Source of the DNA: Octopus sinensis
Lineage: Eukaryota
Assembly: GCF_006345805.1 (NCBI RefSeq)
Contig: NC_043010.1
Coordinates: forward strand, 36,146,001-36,210,000
DNA: 64,000 nt
Direction of reading: 5' to 3'
The notes under the pieces: generated by a model
What the model was told of the DNA's origin: nothing
Database searches by the model: none
What the model saw: only the letters and a program-made list of their open reading frames with translations
Shown here: piece by piece, positions 13,504-26,931 of the stretch
Layout: every line of letters starts with the position of its first letter
How positions within the stretch are numbered: the first letter of the stretch is position 1
Made by a program: the position numbers and the translations under genes

Positions 13504-13830
13504 CATTTATACACACACATGCACATATATCCTTTCTTTTTATCCTCTTTTACTCTTTCATCTTTGTTGCCGCATTTTTTCCTTCTCTCTCTCTTTCATT
13601 CCTCCTCTTTCTAATCATCTTTTTTTTTAAGCTCAACTCTGACTCAACACTCAGTTGTGTGTTCTTTGAAACATTTCTCTCGTCTCATTCGCCCCCTGAC
13701 CTTCTTTCTATTCCTTCTCCGTCTTTTGTCCTTCCTCCCACCCTCTCCCTACTTTTCCTCATTCTGTGTCTGTCTGTCTGTTTCTTTCTTTCTCTCTTTC
13801 TCTCTCTCTGTTTCCTCCCTCCCCTTTCTT
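12410..13830. repeat. CT-rich and TA/TG compound low-complexity tract
   Basis: (CT)n, (TA)n and (CA)n blocks throughout. Confidence 0.9.
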
Positions 13831-14379
13831 CCTGCTTAATGTTACAGCAACTGAACTGTTGTTGGTCGAGGGAAGTAATGGAGGTGATGGTGGCATGGCG
13901 TTTTCGCTTTTGTCCTTCGTGGTTTCGCTTCTCAGCCTGAAGAGAAAAATCCAATTTTTCACCGCAAGCACGTACGCACACACACACACACACACAGAGT
14001 AATGTATGTATCCTTTGAGATCTTAAGTTCTTCGCAAAATTCAAGCCGCTTACTTAATCGAAGTAACACTGCTTTTTTTTTTTTTTATATATATATTTGT
14101 TTCGTTTAAGCAAGACCGTTTCATGGATATGTATGTATGTATGTGCTTGTATTTGTATTATGAGTACATCTCATTTGAGTACGTGCAGAGTGAGTTGATT
14201 CTGTGTATTATGTGTACATGCAATATGTATGACTGGATGTTAGAGTTGAAAACTATAGTTTCATACAATAAAATGTTATATGCGTGCACACACGTGTGCA
14301 CGCGTAACATAACTGGTACGACTACTTCAAAGAGAGCTCAGTACAATCGAAGAACAATATTACTTGTATTAGGAAATTC

Positions 14380-14481
14380 GGCGGAGGTAAAGAATACGTA
14401 CACCACCCGTTTTCGGCGTAACAAAAACCCTAATCCTAACCCCCTAACCCTAAACACCGGGTGTACGTATTTACTTTCCCC
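14380..14481. mobile_element. Palindromic MITE, copy 3
   Basis: TIR GGCGGAGGTAAAGAATACGTACACC; TSD GGAAATTC / GGAAATTT (7/8); loop AACCCTAATCCTAACCCCCTAACCCTAA. Confidence 0.85.
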
Positions 14482-14725
14482 GGAAATTTAATCTCCATCA
14501 TGTAGATGAAACCACTAGTGTGTGTATATATGTATACATAGACATATATTGTACTGTTCCGTTATTGATGGGATCAATAAAAGTATACTCCATCCTGTGA
14601 GAGATAAATATTTGATATACACAGGATTTCAATGTGAGCTACTTTAAGTTTCATGGTTTTAATAATACTATGGTCGTACGAGCTTGTATAGCGTGCCGTA
14701 GGTTATCAGGCAATCATTCAGCTTC

Positions 14726-14759
<34 letters not shown>

Positions 14760-15741
14760 TTACTCTCTCTATTTCTATCTCTCTCACTGAAATATACAAA
14801 ATACTTTCTGACCTAGGCATAAATACCAGGCATGTTTATGTGACACAATTGATTATATCAATCCTAGCTTCTGACTGGTACTTATTTTGTCAACTGCAGA
14901 AGGTTGAGTAGCTTAAAGGACAAATTTTTTCTGACCAACACTCAAATATGCCGACTTACCATCTTAGTATATCTAGAAATAAAGTGAAAATGAATACAGC
15001 AATAGATGTGTGTTTTAATGGCTACACACATTTTCGATACATTATTGTACACACTTAGCTATCTTAGTATAATTGAAATGATTTGTTTCTATGCAGACTT
15101 CCGTTCAAAGTTTTCCATGCTTGCGCGTCATCTTACTGATGTCATTTACGCCCAAATCCATCATATTTGATGTTATGTTGTGAGATATACACACGTGTGT
15201 ATCTTATGTTGGGAGACATACACACGCGCTCGCGTATTAGTATATATTCGTTCAGGTACAGTCACTTTGATCACATTTATGTGCGTTTACATTCATAGAC
15301 ATATCAGTAAGTTTAATTTATTTCTTTGCATTGTATCACTGAAGACGTATCCAATTTCAAACAGTATTTGTGTGTGTATAATGTGTGTGCGTGTGTATAC
15401 ATGTATATATTACCATCATTAAACATCTTCTGGTATGGGTGGACGGTTGAACAGGATCCGAGAGGTCAGAAGACCACGTCATGCTCCAATCCATAGTTTT
15501 TATGGCTTAATACTCTTCCTGATGCCAACGAATATACAGGGCATACCCTCAGGTACAAGAAGGTGGACAGAAGAGAGTATTGGGACAGAAATTAAAGAGT
15601 GGGTGAATTAAATTGATATAGTGTAGGAGGAGAGTTAGAGATAGGGAGGGGTGGTTGAGGGTAAATATCACCGAAAGTAATTTAATAAGAATGATGGATG
15701 GATGTCCATAGAAGTGGCTCAGAGGAGAGGAAGTAGTGGGC

Positions 15742-15911
15742 TACTACACGCATTTTTTTCTCTCCTTGTTTCTTTCTGTGTATCTTTCTGTCGAAGAGCG
15801 TAGGCTCGAAACGTAAAAGACTTTTTCTATTCCTGAACGCTATACTAATACATTTGTTTGTTTGTACTCCACCTTGCCTTCGTCTTTTGTTTATTTTTGT
15901 AAACTTTCCCT
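15742..15911 (+). mobile_element. Penelope-like/retrozyme 3' remnant ending at (TA)n, family 2 copy 1
   Basis: Homologous to 48648-48784; carries a hammerhead-like motif; ends CTTTCCC-(TA)n. Confidence 0.6.
15783..15820 (+). ncRNA. Minimal type I hammerhead-like motif with variant core (CUGUCGA-A)
   Basis: TCTTT-CTGTCGA-A-GAGC[GTAG]GCTC-GAAAC-GTA-AAAGA: 5-bp stem I, 4-bp stem II, loopless AC/GU stem III. A6 is replaced by U. Confidence 0.55.
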
Positions 15912-16172
15912 TTATATATATATATTATATATATATATTATATATAATATATATATATATGATTGATTGATTGATTGATTCTAGTTTCAGCTTATGAGCT
16001 GTGGCCATGCTGGGGCACCATATATATATATATATACTTTATTTTAAGCTGCAGAAAATTCAACAAAATCTGTTACTCTGAGTTTCTCGTTGCCGTTCAT
16101 CAGACAGTTTTTGCTAGAATGGTATTTGAGTACTCTTTTTTCCACCTTGTTTCACATTTATGTGTTTACTCC

Positions 16173-16238
<66 letters not shown>

Positions 16239-16676
16239 GTGTGTGTGTATACATATCCACACACATACACATATATATATAGATGGGGTATAGGAAGATG
16301 ACGGATAGTGTTGGGTGGATAAAGCACAGGCATAGCTATTGTGGGTAAGTATCTTCTACTGAAGCCCCAACTGGTCAGTGCCGTGTAAATGACTTTGGTT
16401 GATGGAAATTACAAGAAACCCATTGTATGGTATATCCGTGTGTGTGTATTCGCTTGCACCCATGTGAATGTATGTCAGTGTTTTCAATGCTCTTCACTGC
16501 TTGGGCAAAGCGGTACTGATGAAGACATTTCTTCTCGACACTATGACTAGCCTCTCTGTGCTTTTGATGACATGTGAAATTAATTTATTTCTCACTTGAA
16601 AAACAAGGTTTGTCATCAGAGAAGCATTCAGCCGTAATATCCGCTTCAAATTTCCTCACAAACCTATGCTAGCATG

Positions 16677-17052
16677 GAAATGTGGCTGTGTGGTTAAGAA
16701 CTTTGTCTCCCAACTTTATAGTTCGGGTTCAGTCTCATTGCGTAGCACCTTGAATATGAGTTTTCTACAATAGATCCAGGCTTATTAGATCCTTATGAAA
16801 GGATTTAGTAGATAGAAACTGAAAGAAGCCTGTGTGTGTTAGTGTCTCCTTGTTTTGACATTGCGTGATAGTTGTAAACGAGTGCCACTGTCATATAAGG
16901 CGGTGTCTTTCGTTTTCAGTTTTCCATGAAAAATATAGTTAGTCATGGAGAAATATTATCTTATTTGGAAGGGCATCCGGCTCTAGAAAATCTGCTTCGG
17001 CAAATTCTATCTGATTCATGTGAGCATGGAAAAGTAGACGTTAAAACGATGA
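16677..17052 (+). mobile_element. tRNA/CORE-like SINE with a different (RTE-type) 3' tail
   Basis: Family B-like head, followed by a tail ending CATGGAAAAGTAGACGTTAAAACGATGA rather than the family B tail. Confidence 0.6.
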
Positions 17053-18592
17053 CTGTATGTATGTATGTATGTATGTATGTACATATACACCACACACATC
17101 TATAAAATCTTGATATTACTATGTAGTGTTACTTCTAATACAACGTATGTTTTACCTGTATAAATAAGTTCGTCCATTCGTTTTTGTGCCCATTTTTTAA
17201 AAATTCTATCGGGGCTTTGTTATATTGTTGATTGCCCTTTCTGTTGCTGAAACCTTATCTGCTTTTCAAGGTGCCAAGTGAGAAGGGTGATTTGTTGACA
17301 GCAGAGCCGACAACTCCACCACCACCACCACCACTACTCTCAGAAAACGGCTTTTGTAAACACATGCACATGCATATATACACGCACAAATTCATGTACT
17401 TGCATGAATGCATACAACCGCGCACGACACACACACACACACACGCTCAGTCGCTTGACAGGCTTCTTTCAGTTTCTGTTTACCAAATCTACTCACAAAA
17501 AGCCTTGGTCAGTGAGCTCAGGGCTATATCGGAAAACGCTTGCTCAAGATACCACGCAGTAGGCTTGTATGTGGTCATCCACCCCATTAGAAATAGCAGG
17601 GTTAAATAACTATAGCAACATTGTTACAATTTCAACACTCACAAGATAAAAGAATATTCCGAACTGTTCTATATAATTATTTAGTCTCAGATAGTTTATA
17701 TTATTTGCAGGTTTTTTTTTTCCCGTTTCGTTTCTTTTTTTTTTTTGTCCCTGTAACAATAAAGATATAAATATAATTATGCCATCTTACACAAATGATA
17801 TTCACTGGGTGCTGGGGGTAACATTTCTTTAGGTGATTCATCTGTGTGTGTGTGTGAGACTAGTTTATATTAATCTTTATTGATAAAATGGAAATATTTA
17901 GAATATGTGGCAACTCGGAGTAAACAATTGAAAATAGCAGTTCTGTTGCTGCTGCTGGTATTGTATCTTATTCTGTGTATTCTGTAGATTTTCCTTTTTG
18001 TTTTGTATTGAGATATTTACGAAAGAAAGAGAGCGAGAGAGAAATGTACGTATAGTTATTTATAGATGTGTGCGTACATATAGATGTAAATACTTGCGAT
18101 TATGTGTGTGCTTGTGTATTTTATATATATATATAGGCTTGGTGATGTAAACAAAATATGAATATATGTGTATTTTTATATTGATATTTAGCGGAAGCAA
18201 CAGTGACTCAAGGGCCAAGAGTTTCGTGAGTTTGATAAGTACCAACGCACGAATCTCTCACAGCCCCTTGAGTCATTCTGTAGCTTCTGGTATACACACA
18301 CACACACACACACATCATATATATTTATATATTGAGAATGTGTAGAGCTATACATATATTCATATCGGTATACAATGTGTGTGTGTGTGCGTAAAATATA
18401 TTCACATTTTAATATATTTTGTTGATATTTACAATCTTTTAAGATACTGCAGCATGGCCACAGTCAAATGATTGAAACGAGTAACAATAAAAGATATGTA
18501 CATATGATGTGTGTGTGTGTATATATGTATATAATATATATATATATAATAATAAGGCACTAAAAGAGAATGACTCTCCCCAGACACAACAG

Positions 18593-18623
<31 letters not shown>

Positions 18624-20763
18624 ATGTACGTACATTCTTACATACGCACTCGTACACATTAGGAGGGCCTGATGCTCCTTGAATCGAAACTCAAATTTGC
18701 GAGTGTTCAATAAATAATATGAGCAGTCACTGAGCCATGAAGCTTAAGCTTCTCGTTGAAAGACATTTGATACCATGAATATATTTATAACTTTTTTTTC
18801 CCTGTCAGTAAACACGAACGTTTTCTCGTAAGCGCCCAGACACACTTCGGGGTGCACGTAAATGCAGTTTGTGCATCATTCGCGCCCTCACACAAACCTA
18901 GTTTTTGACGCAGTGAATGTGTGTCTACGAAAGCGGCAAATTGATAGAGTTATTAGAGCGCCTTGCAGTATTATTCGTTCTGGTACTTCTGCTCTTTGAG
19001 TTCGAATCGTGCTGAAGTCACGATAAATTGAATAACACTTCAGTCCTTCCTCTTTGGGGGTGTACTTTGAATTTAAAGGTCAATCCAGCCATTCCTCATT
19101 GTGTCCAACTGTTTTCTGCATACATATTTGCGTTAAGAATATCTGTAAAGTAAGCTGTTTATTCATAAGACACTGAATGATCATCGTTGACGCCGACGGA
19201 GAATTTAAAAATCTACCCACTTACAGATCTGTTTTGCTTCTGTCCATTGATCTGTGGACCGCTTGTCAGTTTTGTTGTACCCGTTTCTCATCCCATCTCT
19301 TCTTCACTTCTCTCTAATCGTTGTACAAACTTGTTAGTAAACTCGCACTCTTAACGTCTGTCAATCGTCGCCTCTGACGGCAATATCTATTAGATGGGGG
19401 CTAAGACCAGATTCCACAGTCGTCCTATGGACAGTATCGGCACAACAGCCTTCAGAGTGCCTTGTAGATTTAGTTATATCCTTTCAAAGTCCTGAATTCA
19501 AATCCAGCTTCGACCGACTGTGTTTTCTCTATCTAGCCTTCTGATCTCCCCTCCGCTCTCTCTCTCTCACACACTACTATACTTTTCGCCTACCCCACTC
19601 GTGGTCTTATTAAAAATGTTTGTCAGAGAAAACTTTAAACATACGTTTTATCTTTTCGAGTACTTACATATTTGTGTATGGCTAGGTGCATATAACACAA
19701 CACATGCATATGCACATATGTTTCTAAAAATTGTTGATACGTGCGCACACGCTTGTACACCTGAATCTATTAATATATGTGTGTGCGCATGTATGTATAT
19801 AATATATATTATATATATATATATGTATATACACTCACACATACACATATTTATACATACACACGCTCATTTATATATTAATATGCACATATTTTTGTGT
19901 CTGTTAATGTGCATAACTATCTTTGTAACACGAATATTCCCGGGGATAGTCGAGAATTTCAGACAAACCCCTATCTCAATTCACGAATGTGCACACACAC
20001 ATACACACACAAACGCATATCAGACGCTCAGTGTTGAATCTATTTTCATAATTGAGAAACCCTCTCGGTTGAAAGAAATCCTAGCAACGCCCATGTATGT
20101 ATGCGTATATGTCTGTAAATGTATATATATTACTCACTCATATATATATGAGTGTGTGTATATATATATATATATATTACACACACATATATATATGTGT
20201 GTGTGTGTGTGTGTTTTATTTGTTTGTCATTGGACTGCGGTCATTCTGGGGCATTTGTGTGTGTGTATTTATATTATGTAGGTAGGTATAAATGCCATAC
20301 CCTGCCTTGGGCCCTCAACTCCTTGACAGCCGTAGGGGCACCGGTGTGACCTGCGGCATGTTCTGGGCGTTTAAACCTGGCGGAGCCCCATTTGTCTTCA
20401 AGTTTCGCCACGGTCGGTTTCTTTCCGGGAGAAGAATCGACCAATACATGAATAGTGCTTTACTTATCGATCCCGAACAGATGAAAGTCATTTGAACTCG
20501 ATGCAGAGGGGACTAAAGTGATTAGCGCAAAGCAATCAATCTGCCTGATGCTGTAAACTACTTTTCCGCTTGTGTGTGTGTATGTGTAATTTAAGTATGT
20601 ATGTATGTATGAATATGTTTATATGTATGTGTGTATATGTGTATTTATACATGTTTATGAAAACATACGCATGTAAGCATAGATGTGTGTCTGTGCATGT
20701 GTAAATATGTATGTGTGTAAAGTATATTTAAGTATAAAACGCGCCAACGTTGTATACACACAT

Positions 20764-20798
<35 letters not shown>

Positions 20799-21335
20799 AT
20801 ATATATATACATACACACACACACATATATCATAGTGAGACGCGCGCGCACAGATTTACCTCCTAAATGTGTATCTACACATAATGCCTATAGACCTACG
20901 CACACACGCACGGTATCTGCTTGTATTTGCGCGCACATCTCTGTAAATATATAAGAAAATAAATAGAGGCACATGTATGCTAACCTCTACGTGGTCGTGC
21001 AAACCTGCTAGAAATAGTCAGCAAATTTTTACTTCATATCTCTCTCTCACCTTTCCGTTTGAGATAAGGGAATTAAAATATAAAATAACACCACCACCAC
21101 CACCAGAAAACACTTTAAATAATGTAGTTTTGCAAAGTCCTAAAAGTAGGTGAGATGTTCATAGCTGGATTTGCCTTTGGACGTCGTCGTTGTCTGTTCT
21201 AGCATGTTTGAAGAGCAGAGCAACAATAACGGTATAGAAAAATACGTTGCTGTTAGCGCGCGCACACATTTACCTTCGGATACAAGTATTCACTCAAATA
21301 CGCCTCTTATACAAAAATGTGTGTGTGTTATGTAG

Positions 21336-21387
<52 letters not shown>

Positions 21388-22252
21388 GCTAGTGTGTGTA
21401 TGTGTATATATATAGATATATATATATATACACATACACACACTAGCATATTCTCTTAGACTTTTCATATTTCTTAGGAATACACACACACATGAATAAT
21501 GTATACATACATGTGTGTGTGTGTGTGTGTATGTATATAAATATACACATAAATAGATTCATGCGTAAAAGTGTGCGTGCTTATACAGCTCACTGTTTCA
21601 TTTTCCTTCTCTTTCAGTTTATTGTGTCCAGTTGTACAATAAACTCCAGTCTTTCAACTTGTCCCGCGTTATTATTGTAATAATACTTTAGCAACTGTCT
21701 GTCTATAAACGTCCTTGTTTCTCTCATCTCCATTGTCATCATCACCACTATAGCCCCCCCCGCCGCCGCCACTCCCTTCGTCGTAAACCATCATAATCAG
21801 TTGGTCTATTATTATTGGTTAATATTATCATGATCATCATCATCATCATCACTAACCACCCGTCTGTCGTGTTCTCTTGTCTGTCTTCTTCTCTCTTGCA
21901 CACTCATCAATGTGTGACTTGCGTGCCTTGAACCAGCGCCATTAATCTACCGTTCCTCCCCCTCTTCTCTCTTTCCTTCTCACAACATCTCTCTCCCCCC
22001 CTCTCTCTCTCTCTCATTGCTTTTGTTATTTCGAGCACACTTCTCTCTCACTCTTACTTCCTCCTATTCTTCTCTTTTCCTCTCTCCAAATGCTCATTTT
22101 CTCTCTCACGCTTTCACGCTCTCTCTCTCTCTCTGTCTCTTTACTCTCACTACTAATGTCGCTCTCACTCCTTTACTCTCTCTCATTTTCATGTCCTGTC
22201 CGTTTTACTCTATCACGCTTCTCATACTCTGTCTTCTTAATCCGTCTCTCTT

Positions 22253-22300
<48 letters not shown>

Positions 22301-23269
22301 AGTCGCTCTCTTTCTCGGCCTTTATTTCTCTTACGCTAACACACTCTCCTTCACTCTTCCTTTGTCATTCTTATTTTATTTCCCTCTTCTCTCTCTCTCT
22401 CTCTCGTTCGTCCGTCCACTCCCCTTCCTCCCGCACATATCTACGTCTTTCACCCCCCTCCCGTTTTGTTTGTCACCTAATCCCTATTACTTTTGTATTG
22501 TGTACTTCATCCCCCCCCATCCTTTTGGCAGGCATTTCCCTCCATTCATTCCTGCTAGTTTTTTTGCTTCTTGATTGCAATGCGTTATTTAAAAATAAAT
22601 CTTTGAAATTATACTATTATATTATTATATAGTCACACACACACACACAAACATCTATCTATAAACCCGCCACCGACAACACGCGGCGTGTAACAGATAA
22701 GAAAGAACTGCAGCTGCACTGGACCACAATCTGCTATTGTTTCATTATTCTCTCTCTCTTTTCACTCGTTGTGTGTGTGTGTGTGAGTGCTGGTCCTTGC
22801 TTCTAACCTCGAGACTCTCCCCATCCTCTTTTTTCATTTTTTTTTTGTCAATTTAGGAAATCCCCATACTCCAAATTTTTTCATGACAGATCTTTGCTTG
22901 AATTATTTTTTTTCTTCTTTCTTTTTGTTACATGTTGGCACTCCAACTTTTTGAGTTGGTCTGATCGGTCGGTCGGTCGGCTGGTTGGTCGGTTGGTTGG
23001 TTGGTTGGCTGGCTGTCTAACTTTGTGTTGATTGGGCTTAGTTTTTATTGTATGTTAAACACGACTGGTAAAGTAAGTAAGTAGCTTAGTAACTTTGCCT
23101 GGTTTTGTGGCTGGCTCAGACTTTTTTTTTTTCTTGACTGACTATCCAACTTTTTATTCTGACTTTTGTGTCATTCCTGACTCTCGCACTAACCTTGTCT
23201 GCTTAACCTGGTGTGCGTGTGTTATGTGAAACGCACATAACACTGCCTCCACCTGAACGATGTAGAAGT

Positions 23270-23354
23270 TTTGTATGTATGTATGTATATATGTATATAT
23301 ATATGTCTATATATATATATATATATATTGGAAGGTTTGGAGATGATGTACAGG

Positions 23355-23385
<31 letters not shown>

Positions 23386-23820
23386 ATGTATATATATGTG
23401 TGGTATTAATATAATGTGTGTGTATGTATATATATGTGTGTGTATGTATATATATGTGTGTGTATGTATATATATGTGTGTGTGTATGTATATATATGTG
23501 TATGTGTATATATGTGTGTGTGTATATGTGTGTATGTGTGTATGTGTTTATATGTATGTGTGTATGTATATATATATATGTGTGTGTGTGTAGGTGTGTA
23601 TATATGTATGTGTATATATATATATGTATATATGTGTGTATATATATGTATGTATGTGTGTATATATGTGTGTATGCATGTTTCTATATGTATGCACGTA
23701 TGTATATATCTATATAATGTATGCATATGTGTATATCATCATCTATATTTAATGTATGTATATATATATAATGTATGTATGTGTGTGAGTGTGTATGCCT
23801 AAGCGCTGCATGTATACACT
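23270..23820. repeat. Compound (TA)n/(TG)n/(TATG)n microsatellite
   Basis: Directly visible. Confidence 0.95.
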
Positions 23821-23922
23821 ATAAACACCTGAGGCTGATGAGTTATATACAACAGTGCACTAAAGTGAGACTCATGGATACTGGCATGTGAAGTGATAAA
23901 AATCTGTCCCCCTCGCAAGCAA

Positions 23923-23955
<33 letters not shown>

Positions 23956-24454
23956 GTGTGTGTGTACATTTGCAAATTTATTTAGTACATTCATAAACTC
24001 TAGAAAATTCTGACACATATTAGACATACAGTGTGTTACATATGTTACATCTGTCTCTCTATCTGTTTATCTAACTATCTTTGCATAATACACACATACG
24101 TGCGCGCTTATACTATTTTATACTGTGTTTTGCATCCGTTTTTTCTCTTCTATATCTTCTATACACCTGGAGAACTCATTATTTATTCTTCATACTTTAT
24201 ATACGCAAGCAATTTTGATACACACATAAAACGCATATATTATATATATATATATTACACACACACAGTCACACACATATACATACACTATATTCATATG
24301 TACACACTCACGCACACTGTCACTTTATATTAGACGCTGTCACAGGTACTGAGGTTTTGGCGATGAAAGCTCATGGTAGAATGCGTTTGTAAGCGTACAT
24401 ACATACATACATGTATGTACACATAGACATGCACATATATAGGTAATATATATA

Positions 24455-24516
24455 TGTATTTTACGCATATATATATTATAGATATATAATATACACTTTT
24501 TACGCATATAATATAT

Positions 24517-24561
<45 letters not shown>

Positions 24562-24677
24562 CACTTTTTTACGCAATATATATATATATATAACACTTTT
24601 TTTAACGCATATCTATATATAATATACACTTTTTTTACGCATATATATAATATACACTTTTTTTACGTATATATATG
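24455..24677. repeat. Minisatellite: ACAC(T)5-7ACGCA units separated by variable (TA)n
   Basis: Six TTTT(A)ACG(C/T)A units, five of them preceded by ACAC. Confidence 0.9.
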
Positions 24678-24812
24678 TATTTTTGTCCATCAAAAGAATA
24701 CCCATGATTCACTCTAGTTTGGAAGTTTCACTTCAATATGGAAGAAAGCCCACTTGAACTGCTGGCGTGTCGCTCCACGTGCTTCTCTCTCTGTCGTCTG
24801 CTGCGGTGATGT

Positions 24813-24844
24813 GGGGGAGGGGGAGGGGTGAGTGGGGGGGGGGG
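24813..24844 (+). other. G-quadruplex-forming motif G5-A-G5-A-G4-TGAGT-G11
   Basis: Four G-runs of four or more with 1-5 nt loops. Confidence 0.8.
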
Positions 24845-24995
24845 ACAGCGGAATATAACTCCTTTTGCACGCGCGCGCGCGCACACACATACACACGTCT
24901 GGAGAGGAGGATCTGGGATATTATTTCTTTCCTCCCCCCCTCTCCAATATCTTTCTTTCTCCCCTCTCTTTCTCTCTCTCTCTTTCCTTGTTTTT

Positions 24996-25039
<44 letters not shown>

Positions 25040-26516
25040 CCCGCGTCTGCTGGAGGAAGAAAGAAGAGGAGGCAGCCTTCCGTTCTACCTCTTTCTTTTA
25101 CAAATGCTGCGTGGGTAAAGGGAGGAGGAAACAAGGATAATTTCACCTAGTTCTTGTCTACTGCGGGAGGAGGAGGAGAATATAAGATGTTGCTTCTACC
25201 TATCTATCTATCTATCTATCCCTCCCCCTCTCTCATACATATACATCGTCTCATAAGTGGATGGGCAAAAAAAAAGCTTCATTTTGCGTCTCTTCATCCT
25301 TCTGTTCCTTATTTAAAAAAAAAAAAATGTCTTTTTTCTCCCTCCCTTTCTTCATCTCTCTATGTCTTTTAACCTGTTTCTCTCCACTCCTCTACAGTTT
25401 ATGCCACTTTCTTAGGTTCTTTTCCACCTTTCTTCTCTCTCTCTCTCTCTCTCTCCTCATTTGCAGCAGGAAGAAGAGGTATGATGGCACTTTTTCTCTT
25501 CCACTTTCCTCTCGTGTATTTTTATCCGAGATTCTATTATCATTCTCTGTGTTCTTCTTTTTTGTCTCCTTCTTTCGTTCTCTCTGTCTCTCGTGTGTAA
25601 TAAGAACACACAAGAAAGTGGCTCAGAGGTGGAGGAAGTGGAAAGCAACATATGTGAACATTATAATTGGAAGAGTGGTGGTAGTGGTGGTGGTGATGGT
25701 GAGGAGCTATAAATCTCTGACAAAAATCGAACTATGCATCTTCCATTCGTGTCGATATTTTTACATAATCGTAAGCATCAGCCAATTGGGGCATCGCCAT
25801 ACATTGGTTGAGAAGGTATTGACACATCTCACTCGCAAGGTCTTCTTAAAACTATTTTAAAGCTACATAATGTGTCTGCAGTTATAAAAAAAAAAAGTGG
25901 GGTAAGCATAGAGGAACAGGCACTTAATATACACTAATTATTGGCAGGAATGTGACACAATCGAATCTATTGATCCAATCGACGAAGATATATGTAACTG
26001 CTGATAAAACGAAAAAAAAAAAAAAAAAGTGCTACGAGGGAGCCTGTACGCGCTTTCGATCTGTTAGAAATAGCAACCAAAATTCCTTTTAAATCACAAT
26101 ACTATGGTCTTGGATAAAAGACAGAACGCTCTTCAATTGATCTGGGTCTAGGATCAACTACGAAAAGTGTATGAATATTTTTTGTTCCGTAGCCCTCGTC
26201 TTACAAACTATTTTATAGGAACATTAACTTCATCGATTTCAACGGTCTTCGAGATCCTGTGAATGCTATGGACACGACCCCTTCTTCCCGACGAGTTCCC
26301 ATCCCATCTCCTGAGAAACTGTATTGAACATTTCGTTACAATTTTAATGCAAACCAGCTGTATATTGAAAACCCTTTTGTTCTAACACTGTCTATCAAAT
26401 GAATACTACTTTAATTAGGGTTTCCATTCAATAGCTATTTTAATCAACTATTTATTTGGTGTAATTTTATTCTAGTTTAGTGTTTTGCACAAAACTACGC
26501 CTATAACATCCGCTTT

Positions 26517-26560
<44 letters not shown>

Positions 26561-26847
26561 TTGTTACTGTTTAAATGGTCTCCGCTTCAGTCCCTCAAGT
26601 CGTGTTCTACATACCCTTTGTGAATTCAAGAAGCAAAATGCACTGAACTCTGTAGGAGGCTGCCAACTTCACTTTGAGCATAGCATTAGCATTTCACTTT
26701 TTTATTTTTTTACTCTTTTAAGACGCCGAGTTGTTCGTTAGCTTAAAAGAAGAAAAAAAAAAAAACTCACTATAAAATGTTTCAGATTGATTGCTCTCTC
26801 AGAAGTTAAACCTCAGATGTAACATTTGTTTGTATATAAATGTGAGG

Positions 26848-26931
<84 letters not shown>

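Noticed and set aside
10770-13940. Long ORFs up to 361 aa (YIYI/THTH/LSLS-rich)
   Set aside because: Stop-free only because TA/TG/CT microsatellites lack stop codons in those frames.
13759-13995. Minus-strand acceptor CTCTTCAG| followed by MPPSPPLLPSTNNSS...
   Set aside because: No convincing donor; the ORF runs straight into (GA)n; unsupported.
24455-24677. CRISPR-like repeat-spacer appearance
   Set aside because: The spacers are just (TA)n, there are no cas genes, and the context is eukaryotic; it is a minisatellite.
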